Assembly: GCA_030730365.1 (NCBI GenBank)
Contig: JANQVJ010000012.1
Span: 108,642 to 172,641, forward strand
DNA from: Verrucomicrobiales bacterium
Lineage (GTDB): Bacteria > Verrucomicrobiota > Verrucomicrobiia > Verrucomicrobiales > DEV007
Direction: 5' to 3'
Length of the DNA: 64,000 bases
A program made the translations under genes and the position numbers. Each line of letters opens with the position of its first letter. Position 1 is the first letter of the stretch. The notes under the pieces are model-generated. The model ran no database searches, had not been told where the DNA came from, and saw only the letters and a program-made list of their open reading frames with translations. Shown piece after piece: positions 44,156 through 52,770 of this stretch.

Positions 44156-45925
44156 ATGTCTTTTTCTTTTCGAAACATTTTTTCCCCGGATGAAGGAGAC
44201 CTGGAGGGATCTCCTTCCGGTTTTGTGCTTCCGTCGGATTCGGCTGACGGTGAAATGAGCCGCGGCGGGGTCGAAGCGGAAATTGCCGTTCCTCAATTAC
44301 CGGGGCAGGAGTATCTCGTCAGTGAACTTATCGCCTTTATCCCCCCGTCGATCTCGGCGCAGAGTGGCATCCCGATGGCGCGTGAGCTGCGGATCCCGCT
44401 TCCCTCCGACGGTAGTCGCGACGTGAAGCTATCGACGATTTATCAGATCTGCCCCGAGCTTTTCGGCTCCGAGATTACTCCGCTCAATGACTCCATCGTG
44501 ACTCTGCCGCCCAAGCTCGGAGCGATGATGGGGGAGGGCATTGCCGCCCCCGCGGCGGACAAACTCGCGGCTGGATTCGGTGCCACCCCGGCTTCTTTCC
44601 CCGTGAGGGCTGGCAATCCATTCACCGCGATTCCCAGAGACATGAAAGACGACACGACCCGATCCCGTCAGGCTGAAGCGCCCGCGTGGCCCATGGAGGT
44701 CGTCGAAGGGCTCAATCCCTTCGCCGGCACCCCTGCAACGAGTGGAAGCGCATCTTCAGTGGATACAGTTGAGGGCTCTACCGGAGGTTTTGCGGGATTC
44801 GATTCCATGCCCTCTTCCGTCCTTTTCGGGGACGGTGCCAGTGCCGTGACGAACGAAGTAGACGAGAAGGGTGGAAAAGATTTCCCGGGAAATCCCTTCG
44901 AAAGCGAACAGGGCTTCAAGACCCTTTTCTCGATGCAGGCCGAGGTTGATAGGGATATTCCCTTTTCGGGCGCTCCGACACCCGGCCCGGCGTTCACGCC
45001 TAGTGAGCAGATCGAAGAGCCCCGGGGCATCTGGGGCACGATGTTCCACGGGGCGGGACTCCCAGAGGCAGATACGGCGCTCGCGGGAGACGAGTCGTTT
45101 TCTCCGCCGACCTTTAAGAGCATGGGAAATCTTTTGAAACAGGTGACAGGTCCGGCTGCGGTAACTCCTCCGGTCGACTTTCAATCCGCAATCGAACCGG
45201 CAGCACCGTCGGCATCCGCTCCTGCCCCGGCAAACGGGCCCAAAGTGACTGAGCTGGCGCAGAAAGAGGCGATCGCGCCGGTTTCTGGAATCCCCGCCTT
45301 TACCGCATCCACTCAGGGATTCGCGGGATTCGCGGGATTCGGGTCCGATACGGGGTCGACCCTGTCGCCAATCGATGCCTTTGCTAGTGGAGTGCCTTTT
45401 GAGGCGACTGCTCCGGCACCGGCGGTTTTTGAAGCTCCTGCTCCCGTGGTAGAGGCCCCCCTTGCGCCCGAGCCGCTCACTGCCCTCGCTCCCGCCGCCG
45501 CGAGGGCGACGGCTCCCGCTGCTGGTGAGGCGAGCTTCGACATGCGCGATCTCGAGTTGCGCGCGATTTTCTCGACGAGTGAAAATTTCACCCTCTCGAT
45601 GGTGGCACGCCGCGTCGTCGGTCTGCCGGGCATTGTCAGTTGTTCACTCTCGACTCCCGGCAATTTGGTCCAAGCCTCGAAGTCCGAAGACGCTAGCATC
45701 AGCAACGAGGCCCCGGAGATGGTCGCAATCGTGCGCAGTCTCGCGAAGCTGACGGGTCTGCCCGAGGCACGTAATTTTACCCTGCAAACCGATCGCGGCA
45801 TCATCAGCCTTTTCGTCGAGGGAGAGTGCTGTGTCATGGTTCATCACGAGGCGGTGACCTTCGAGCCTGGTGTGCGCGAAAAACTCATCCTCGTGGCGAG
45901 GCGTCTCATTGATCTGGAGGAATAG
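44156..45925 (+). CDS. Largely disordered protein with a C-terminal roadblock/LC7-like domain
   Basis: Long P/A/G/F-rich low-complexity middle. C-terminal LPGIVSCSLSTPGNLV...FTLQTDRGIISLF...GVREKLILVARRL has the roadblock pattern. Next to mglA. Confidence 0.65.
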   Translation: MSFSFRNIFSPDEGDLEGSPSGFVLPSDSADGEMSRGGVEAEIAVPQLPGQEYLVSELIAFIPPSISAQSGIPMARELRIPLPSDGSRDVKLSTIYQICPELFGSEITPLNDSIVTLPPKLGAMMGEGIAAPAADKLAAGFGATPASFPVRAGNPFTAIPRDMKDDTTRSRQAEAPAWPMEVVEGLNPFAGTPATSGSASSVDTVEGSTGGFAGFDSMPSSVLFGDGASAVTNEVDEKGGKDFPGNPFESEQGFKTLFSMQAEVDRDIPFSGAPTPGPAFTPSEQIEEPRGIWGTMFHGAGLPEADTALAGDESFSPPTFKSMGNLLKQVTGPAAVTPPVDFQSAIEPAAPSASAPAPANGPKVTELAQKEAIAPVSGIPAFTASTQGFAGFAGFGSDTGSTLSPIDAFASGVPFEATAPAPAVFEAPAPVVEAPLAPEPLTALAPAAARATAPAAGEASFDMRDLELRAIFSTSENFTLSMVARRVVGLPGIVSCSLSTPGNLVQASKSEDASISNEAPEMVAIVRSLAKLTGLPEARNFTLQTDRGIISLFVEGECCVMVHHEAVTFEPGVREKLILVARRLIDLEE

Positions 45926-45929
45926 AGTC

Positions 45930-46583
45930 ATGGCACTGGTTCGACACGACACCCGGGAGATACAGTTCAAGATCGTGTATTGTGGTCCGGCCGGAAGCGG
46001 GAAAACGACGAACCTGACCTACCTCCACAGGCGTCTCGATCCCCGCGTGCGGGGCGACCTCGTCTCCATCGAGACCGAGCAGAATCGCACGATCTGCTTC
46101 GATTTTCTCTCCGTAGACTCCTCCGAGATTGCGGGCTACCGGACCCGTTTTCAACTCTACACCGCTCCCGGACAAGAGGTCCTCGCCGAAACCCGTCGCA
46201 CTGTCCTCGCCGGAGCGGACGGGATCGTCTTTGTCGCGGACTCGACCCCGGGATCTTTCGAGGCAAACCTGACCGCCTACGAAGGCTATCGCGATTCGCT
46301 GCGGCGGAATAATGTCCACCCCGATCGTGTTCCTGTGGTGTTCCAGTATAACAAGCGTGATCAGCATGGGGCGAAGCGTCCCGAGGACCTCGACGAAGCC
46401 TTCTCCGTGCACAGCCCCTCTTTTCTCGCCTGCGCTGCGACCGGATACCAGATCTTCGCGACGCTCGACTATCTGAATAGCGGGATTCTCAGAGGATTTC
46501 ATGCTTCCCTCGACGCCGGAAATTGCGCTACATTAGCAGAGGAAAGCCGAGGGAAAGAACTCGTCCTCGAGGGAGTCAATTGA
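45930..46583 (+). CDS. mglA: MglA-like small Ras-family GTPase
   Basis: REIQFKIVYCGPAGSGKTTNL (G1), RTICFDF (G2), LYTAPGQ (G3), GADGIVFVADS, QYNKRD (G4). Confidence 0.92.
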   Translation: MALVRHDTREIQFKIVYCGPAGSGKTTNLTYLHRRLDPRVRGDLVSIETEQNRTICFDFLSVDSSEIAGYRTRFQLYTAPGQEVLAETRRTVLAGADGIVFVADSTPGSFEANLTAYEGYRDSLRRNNVHPDRVPVVFQYNKRDQHGAKRPEDLDEAFSVHSPSFLACAATGYQIFATLDYLNSGILRGFHASLDAGNCATLAEESRGKELVLEGVN

Positions 46584-46601
46584 GGTTCGGCACCGCACAT
46601 C

Positions 46602-47798
46602 ATGGAAAGTAAAGACAGCAGCAGCCCTGAGAGCGGGGACTATCCGGCCGCCCTACCCCTCGAGATCAGCCAAGTAGTTGCTTCGCGAGCGGACGATCTG
46701 TTGAGGGAATTCGCCGAGGACTCGGGCCTCGAAACAGCGCTTATCGTGGACCGCAGTGGCGCCTTCGTCGCGGGAATCTCGGCCGAGGCCGAAGTCACAG
46801 TCGAAGTGATATCAGCCCTCGTCGCCGGGGCGAGTGGCGCGATGCGGGCCCTCGTCTCCCAACTCGGTGAGACTGGGGCGATGGAGAGCCTCCATCTCGG
46901 TGGCGATCGCATGATCTACCTCCGCGAGATCGTGAACGGGTTTATCCTCGTCGGGGTCTCCGACGCGACTTGCCCCGCCGGGCTCGTGCGCAGTAAGGCC
47001 CACGCCATTGAGGGAGAACTCACCAAACTGCTCCGCGACATCCGACCTGCGGGAGTGCCCTTGCCCACCCTGGCAGGCAGTAGCTCCGGCTCCCTGCCCG
47101 AAGTGGCGATGAGCCGGGATGCCGAAGGCCTCGCACCGCTCGAGGAAGAGGCCGAAACGGATCTCGGGGTCGGGCCTGATCCCGAAATTCCCAGAGTCGA
47201 ATCTCTCCCCTTCGCCAACGAGAAAGAGGAAGAGGAACTCGAGATCGAACCCATTTTTGAATCCGATCCCGAGCTCGAGCCCGGGCTCGAAGATAATGTC
47301 AGGGTGACGCCTGTCGAGCCGCGGGAGATTCTCGAGCCGCTCGATTTCGGCGAGGCCGAGATCGTGATCGAGCCGGCCATCCCGATGATACCGCCTTTTA
47401 CAAAGCGGCATCTTCCTGTCGATTCCCCCTTTGAGGTGGAGATGGCTGAGTCTAATAAAGATGACGAAGAAGAGAAAACAGTGGTGCCTGCGGTGACCTT
47501 ACTCTCGGAGTCCATCTTCGAATTGGAATCATCTAATGACGAAGAAGAGTTCGAGTTGAGCGTCCCCAAGCCCCCGGCTTCGTTTTTTGAATTTCCGGGC
47601 GATGATGAAGAAGAATTGACCGACGAGACCGGGCAGGCGGGCGACAACTTCTTCGAAGCGGACGACGATGACGATACGGGCGAGAACGGGCACGAATCCG
47701 AAGATATCGCCGAAGATATCGCCGAAGAAATTCGCGAAATGATCGACGAAGAGGAAGAAGAATCTGAGGTTCGGAGTTCTGGTCCGTTCTATTTTTGA
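46602..47798 (+). CDS. MglB-like roadblock protein with a long acidic disordered C-terminal tail
   Basis: ALIVDRSG, SALVAGASGAMRALVSQLGE, HLGGDRMIYL, AGLVR match the MglB pattern. About 260 aa Glu/Asp-rich tail. Confidence 0.82.
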   Translation: MESKDSSSPESGDYPAALPLEISQVVASRADDLLREFAEDSGLETALIVDRSGAFVAGISAEAEVTVEVISALVAGASGAMRALVSQLGETGAMESLHLGGDRMIYLREIVNGFILVGVSDATCPAGLVRSKAHAIEGELTKLLRDIRPAGVPLPTLAGSSSGSLPEVAMSRDAEGLAPLEEEAETDLGVGPDPEIPRVESLPFANEKEEEELEIEPIFESDPELEPGLEDNVRVTPVEPREILEPLDFGEAEIVIEPAIPMIPPFTKRHLPVDSPFEVEMAESNKDDEEEKTVVPAVTLLSESIFELESSNDEEEFELSVPKPPASFFEFPGDDEEELTDETGQAGDNFFEADDDDDTGENGHESEDIAEDIAEEIREMIDEEEEESEVRSSGPFYF

Positions 47799-47890
47799 AG
47801 TCCCTCGCCGGGCACTAATTGCTTGGCGGGGCGGACATCGTGTGTTACACACTTATTCCCCGTGATCTTGGCTGAAACACCGTCTCTCTT

Positions 47891-48571
47891 ATGGATTTGA
47901 TTACAAAAGGCGGGCCGCTCATGTGGCTCCTGTTGGGTTGTTCCGTTATCGCCATTGCGATTTTTCTTGAGCGTCTTTTCTACTTCCACCGGGCCCGCAT
48001 CGATGTCGGTGATCTCCTCTTCGGGTTGCGCAACCTGATCAAGAACAAAGCCTACGCGGAGGCTCTCTCCGAGTGTGCGGCCACTCCCGGTCCCGCCGCT
48101 CGCGTTATCCATTCGGCGATCCGCCGCTACTCATCCCCCCGCACCGAACTGCGCGAGATCGTGCAGGAAAGCGGCCAGCTCGAGGTGCCCAAGCTCGAAA
48201 AACACCTCGCTGTGCTCCTCACCGTCGCCTACATCGCCCCGCTCATCGGTCTCCTCGGGTCTGTCCTCGGGCTCGTCGACACCTTCGTCCAGATTAACGC
48301 TGTCGGCGGATTCGCCACGGTGGCGGAAATCTCGCAGGGCGTCTACGAGGCCCTCATCACTTCGGCCGCCGGCCTCATGGTCGCGATCCCCGCCTTCGTC
48401 TTTTACTCCCACCTGCGCGCCTACGCGAAAAGTCTCATGCACGACATGGAGAGTGCCGGGATTGAGATCGTGAACACGATCTGTGATCTGCGGATTCAGA
48501 CCGCCGACATCATCTCGATCCGCTCGGATCGTCCCGGTGAGTCCGACGGGATCCCGGAGGCGCGTCAGTAA
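47891..48571 (+). CDS. MotA/TolQ/ExbB proton channel protein
   Basis: GGPLMWLL, IAPLIGLLGSVLGLVDTF, GVYEALITSAAGLMVAIPA. Confidence 0.93.
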   Translation: MDLITKGGPLMWLLLGCSVIAIAIFLERLFYFHRARIDVGDLLFGLRNLIKNKAYAEALSECAATPGPAARVIHSAIRRYSSPRTELREIVQESGQLEVPKLEKHLAVLLTVAYIAPLIGLLGSVLGLVDTFVQINAVGGFATVAEISQGVYEALITSAAGLMVAIPAFVFYSHLRAYAKSLMHDMESAGIEIVNTICDLRIQTADIISIRSDRPGESDGIPEARQ

Positions 48572-48597
48572 ATCTTCAATTAGAGGAAAACGAGACC

Positions 48598-49002
48598 GTG
48601 AAACTGGAATCCACCTTGAGTGACCGGGCCGGGATGCTCTACACGGCACCTCTCATGGACGTGATTCTGCTGCTGATGATTTTTTTCCTCTTCGGCTCGA
48701 ATCTAGTGCTGAAGTCAGGGGTCGAGGTCAATCTCCCGACCTCGAGTTCGTCTTTACCCTCGGCGGAAGATGCGCATATCATCACCCTCATTCCGACCGA
48801 CACGGCCGAGTTCTATTTCAACGACGAGCGAGTCGATCTCGCCCGCCTCGAGACGCGGCTCGAAGAGGCGATCAAGCGCTCGGATCAGGTCGTCATCCTC
48901 GGAGATCAGGCGGTCGACTACGGCGTCGTCATGGAGATCGCGAAGCTTGTCCTCAATGCCGGCTTCGAAGTCTCTTTCGCCACCAAGGTGGAAACTCCCT
49001 GA
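48598..49002 (+). CDS. ExbD/TolR family protein (GTG start)
   Basis: APLMDVILLLMIFFLF with the conserved Asp, VNLP, VILGDQAVDYGVVMEI. Confidence 0.92.
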   Translation: MKLESTLSDRAGMLYTAPLMDVILLLMIFFLFGSNLVLKSGVEVNLPTSSSSLPSAEDAHIITLIPTDTAEFYFNDERVDLARLETRLEEAIKRSDQVVILGDQAVDYGVVMEIAKLVLNAGFEVSFATKVETP

Positions 49003-49005
49003 ATA

Positions 49006-49725
49006 ATGGCCACCGCAGCGCTACCCGAAGAACAGGACGAACGCGGCAAGGTCTTTAACTGGGCTCGCGAAAAGCGCACCTGGCTCCACATCACCGCGTT
49101 TCTCCTCTTCTCTATCATTGTGCATGGATCGGGCTTTTATCTTTTCAAGGTGGTCTATCCCTCTCCTGTCCGTGTCGAGCCGCGGCCCGATGCGATCACG
49201 GTCCTGGACGCGACAGATCCGGTCGTGCGCTCGGTCCTGCAGCGCATCTCCGACCGCACCATCTTCCTGCTTCCGCCTTCTTCACAGAGCGACGTGCGGG
49301 TGCAGCTCGAGGCGAATCGGGTTCGCTTTACTCCCGCTTTCCAGCGCACTGAGCTGGAGCTGAAAGAGCCGCCGCTCGCGGCCGCTCTTCCGGGCATCAT
49401 CGAACCTCTCGAGCCGTTCGCTGGCGCCGGGTCCGACGATGCCCCGGGGCGCGGCATCCGGGTGAAAGTGGATCCTTCGCTCGTGGATCGACCAATCGCA
49501 CCGTGGTCCATCATGGGCGACTACCTTAAGACCGCTGTCTCTCTACCGCTCTTGCGCGTCGATCTCGAGATCGCGCTCGACGGACGGGTCCGTGTCACCG
49601 GAGTCCGGGCCGGGCTCGAGGACTCCGAAAAAGCGGAGCTCGCCACGGTGATCGAGTCGACCCTGCGGTTCGTCCCGGCTGCTGCAGTGGAAACCGGCTG
49701 GATCGAAATCGGCGGGGAGGGTTGA
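49006..49725 (+). CDS. TonB/TolA-like energy transducer (putative)
   Basis: Single N-terminal TM containing SxxxH (LFSIIVH), Pro-rich linker, C-terminal LRVDLEIALDGRV...LRFVP like TonB_C. Follows exbBD-type genes. Confidence 0.6.
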   Translation: MATAALPEEQDERGKVFNWAREKRTWLHITAFLLFSIIVHGSGFYLFKVVYPSPVRVEPRPDAITVLDATDPVVRSVLQRISDRTIFLLPPSSQSDVRVQLEANRVRFTPAFQRTELELKEPPLAAALPGIIEPLEPFAGAGSDDAPGRGIRVKVDPSLVDRPIAPWSIMGDYLKTAVSLPLLRVDLEIALDGRVRVTGVRAGLEDSEKAELATVIESTLRFVPAAAVETGWIEIGGEG

Positions 49726-49773
49726 TCTTTTCTCCGCGAGGGTCCACCGTAAAAAACCGAGCTTTTCCCCGCC

Positions 49774-50013
49774 ATGTTTCACGTTACCCTCGATGGAATG
49801 ATCGCCGTTTATCTCGTCGGCATCCTTTGCGCCCTCTTCTTCGCCTGGGTCGCGGCCGAGATCTTTCGCAAAGGGCGGGAAAATCAGCGGCGCAAGTATT
49901 TCGTCATCTGCGGGATCTGCGATCACGTCTTCGAAGATCTTTCCGATCTCGACCTCGCCGAGTGCCCCCGCTGCGGCGCGATGAATGAGCGTGAGCGCAT
50001 CATCGAGATCTGA
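49774..50013 (+). CDS. Small membrane-anchored zinc-ribbon protein
   Basis: N-terminal TM then CGIC-x15-CPRC. Confidence 0.75.
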   Translation: MFHVTLDGMIAVYLVGILCALFFAWVAAEIFRKGRENQRRKYFVICGICDHVFEDLSDLDLAECPRCGAMNERERIIEI

Positions 50014-50136
50014 GGAAAGAGGGTCAAGTCGCTGACGCGGCAGGTCAGGTCGGCATCCCCGGAGGACGGTGGAGCCGTAATCCTCGATGAGGAGTGCGCT
50101 CTTGAAACTTCTCCCTAACTCGTTCACCTTCCCTCC

Positions 50137-51264
50137 ATGCCATCCCAATACATCATGATCGGCGGATTCCTCGGGGCGGGGAAGACGACCCTGATCCAGC
50201 GCTTCGCCCGCTACCTCGACGATCGCGGCACGCGGGTCGGACTGATCACCAATGACCAAGGTGCGGGACTCGTCGACTCAGCGATAGGCCGATCGAACCA
50301 CTTTCCCGTTGAGGAAATCTCGGGAGGTTGCTTTTGCTGTCGCTTCAATTCCCTGATCGACGCCGCCACTTCCCTGACGGCGGCGAACCGGCCCGATGTC
50401 TTCCTCGCCGAGCCGGTCGGGAGCTGCACCGATCTCGTCGCGACGGTCTCCCTGCCACTGCAGAAAATATACGGAGGAGACTACAGGGTGGCACCACTCA
50501 GCGTCCTCGTCGACCCGATCCGGGCCGGACAGATCCTCGGGATCGCGGAGGGACGCAAGTTCTCCGAGAATGTGCTCTACATCTACCGCAAGCAACTCGA
50601 AGAGGCTGAGTTCATCGTCGTGAACAAACTCGATCTCCTTGACGAAGAGAAAAGGGGCGATCTCGTCGCCGCGCTCGGACGCGAGTTCCCCGAGGCGACC
50701 GTCTTCGAAGTCTCGGCTCGTGAGGGGACCGGATGCGAGGCCTGGTTCGAGGCGGTCCTCGCGGCAGAGATGAACACGGGCCGTTTTCTCGAGATCGATT
50801 ACGATCGTTACGGCGAAGGCGAGGCGCTCCTCGGCTGGCTCAATGCCACGGTCGAGATCAAATGCGAAGGCTGCGGGGTGGATGAGTTCGACGGCAACGA
50901 ATTGCTGCAATCACTCGCAACGACGCTGCGAACCCGCCTCGAATTCGCCGGAGCCGAAGTCGCCCATCTCAAGATGACACTCACGCCTCTCGGCGATCCC
51001 TACGAGATTGCCGCGATCAATCTCGTGCGGGGCGATTCGATGCCCGAGCTTTCCCATCGCCTCTACGAACCGATTGAGGACGGCGAATTGCTCCTCAACA
51101 TCCGCGCCGAGGTAGATCCAGCGACGCTCGAAGCCGCCGCCCTCGGTGCGCTCGAGGAAACCATCGCGATAGACCGCTCTATCCTGTTCCGTATTGCCCA
51201 CCTTGAGCATTTTCGCCCGGGGATGCCGACGCCCACGCATCGCCTCACGGCGGAAACGTTCTGA
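50137..51264 (+). CDS. G3E family GTPase (CobW/HypB/UreG; COG0523-like)
   Basis: GGFLGAGKTT, LITND, GGCFCC metal motif, EPVGSC, NKLD, SAREG. Confidence 0.88.
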   Translation: MPSQYIMIGGFLGAGKTTLIQRFARYLDDRGTRVGLITNDQGAGLVDSAIGRSNHFPVEEISGGCFCCRFNSLIDAATSLTAANRPDVFLAEPVGSCTDLVATVSLPLQKIYGGDYRVAPLSVLVDPIRAGQILGIAEGRKFSENVLYIYRKQLEEAEFIVVNKLDLLDEEKRGDLVAALGREFPEATVFEVSAREGTGCEAWFEAVLAAEMNTGRFLEIDYDRYGEGEALLGWLNATVEIKCEGCGVDEFDGNELLQSLATTLRTRLEFAGAEVAHLKMTLTPLGDPYEIAAINLVRGDSMPELSHRLYEPIEDGELLLNIRAEVDPATLEAAALGALEETIAIDRSILFRIAHLEHFRPGMPTPTHRLTAETF

Positions 51265-51275
51265 CCCTGTGCCTT

Positions 51276-52010
51276 GTGAAATTAGCGGTCAGTATTCTCG
51301 TTTCGGTCATCCTCGCCGCGACCTTCTGTTTTGTGATCTGGGTCGTCGCAACCCACGAGTATCGGTGGGCGGCTATCGCGCCATACCGGTGGAATCTGCT
51401 CTCAGGCTGGTGGGTGACCCTGCAGATCTCGGCGGCCTCGCTCGTCGGCAGTGTCGCCGTCGGGGTGTTGCTCACTGCCGGGCAACTTTCGGGCCATGCC
51501 ATTCCCTCTTTTCTCTGTCGTGTTTTTGTCGAGGTGATCCGGGGCACTCCGCTGCTCACTCAGATTCTCATTGGATACTATCTCATTGCGAACTCGATAG
51601 GGTGGGACAGCCGCTTCGGCGTTGGGCTGGTCATCCTTTCCTGTTTTTCCGGCGCCTATCTTTCCGAGATTTTCCGCGGGGGAGTCGAGTCCATCCCGAA
51701 ATCACAATGGCTCTCCGCCCTTGCGATCGGCTTCACGGGGGCGCAGACGTACCGGTATGTTGTCATCCCGCAGGCGATACGGCGGGTCCTCCCGGCATCG
51801 GCGGGGCAATTTGCGAATCTTATTAAAGATTCTTCCCTGCTCTTCGTCATCAGCATGCACGAGTTCACGATGCAGGCGCGCGAGGCGAATTCGAACACTT
51901 ACGCGACCTTCGAGGCCTACCTGCCCCTCGTCCTCGGTTACTTCCTTCTCACTTTCCCTATTTCGCTCCTGAGCCGCCATCTCGAAAATCGCTTCCGCTA
52001 TGAGCATTGA
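51276..52010 (+). CDS. Polar amino acid ABC transporter permease (GTG start)
   Basis: VEVIRGTPLLTQI, AYLSEIFRGGVESIPKSQWLSALAIG, LIKDSSL. Confidence 0.92.
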   Translation: MKLAVSILVSVILAATFCFVIWVVATHEYRWAAIAPYRWNLLSGWWVTLQISAASLVGSVAVGVLLTAGQLSGHAIPSFLCRVFVEVIRGTPLLTQILIGYYLIANSIGWDSRFGVGLVILSCFSGAYLSEIFRGGVESIPKSQWLSALAIGFTGAQTYRYVVIPQAIRRVLPASAGQFANLIKDSSLLFVISMHEFTMQAREANSNTYATFEAYLPLVLGYFLLTFPISLLSRHLENRFRYEH

Positions 52011-52734
52011 GATCTCTGGCCTGACAAAATACTACGGCGCGACCCGGGCGGTCGACGGGATCTCCCTGACGCTTTCCGACGAAGTTCAGGTGCTTGTCCT
52101 CATCGGACCTTCGGGCGGCGGGAAATCGACCCTGTTGCGGCTCCTCGGCGGACTCGAGATCCCCACGGCGGGCAGCATCACGATGAACGGGACCGCTCTT
52201 CCCGACACGGAGGAAGGGCTGCGCGAATTCCGCCGGCGAAATGGATTTCTCTTCCAGTCCTTCAATCTCTTCCCGCATCTAAGCGCGCTGGAAAACATCG
52301 TCCTGCCGCTCGTGAAGGTGCACGAATGGTCGCGTAACAAGGCGATCGAGCGGGCGGGGGAAGTGGTGGCGCGCTTCGGCATGGCTGATCATGTCAAAAA
52401 GATGCCTGCCGAACTCTCGGGCGGGCAGCAGCAACGCATTGCTTTGGCCAGGGCGATGGCCCACGGCCCCGATCTTCTCCTCCTCGATGAGCCGACTTCG
52501 GCGCTCGATCCGGAGATGAAGGCCGAGGTCCTCGACATCGTCGCCGAGCTCTGCGAGGCGGGGCAGCGGATCATCCTCTCGACCCACGAGATGGGCTTCG
52601 CCCGCGGCTGTGCCGACGAGGTGATTTTTCTCGGAAACGGACAACTCGTCGAGTCGGGCAGGGGAGCGGCACTCTTTGACTCGCCGCAGACGGAATTGGT
52701 GCGCACTTTTCTCGGCCGGGTCATGAAATGGTAG
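52000..52734 (+). CDS. Polar amino acid ABC transporter ATP-binding protein (GlnQ-like)
   Basis: GPSGGGKST, FQSFNLFPHL, LSGGQQQR, LLLDEPTSALDPE, HEMGFA. Confidence 0.94.
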   Translation: MSIEISGLTKYYGATRAVDGISLTLSDEVQVLVLIGPSGGGKSTLLRLLGGLEIPTAGSITMNGTALPDTEEGLREFRRRNGFLFQSFNLFPHLSALENIVLPLVKVHEWSRNKAIERAGEVVARFGMADHVKKMPAELSGGQQQRIALARAMAHGPDLLLLDEPTSALDPEMKAEVLDIVAELCEAGQRIILSTHEMGFARGCADEVIFLGNGQLVESGRGAALFDSPQTELVRTFLGRVMKW

Positions 52735-52770
52735 GGCGCTGCCGGCATTTCCCGTTCGTATTAACTTCGC

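Noticed and set aside
47891-49725. Canonical Tol-Pal or flagellar stator locus
   Set aside because: There is no tolB/pal/cpoB, and ExbD lacks an OmpA-like MotB peptidoglycan-binding domain.
49774-51264. HypA/HypB hydrogenase maturation operon
   Set aside because: The Zn-ribbon protein lacks the HypA N-terminal MHE motif and has a TM, the GTPase has the COG0523 CxCC motif, and no hydrogenase genes are present.
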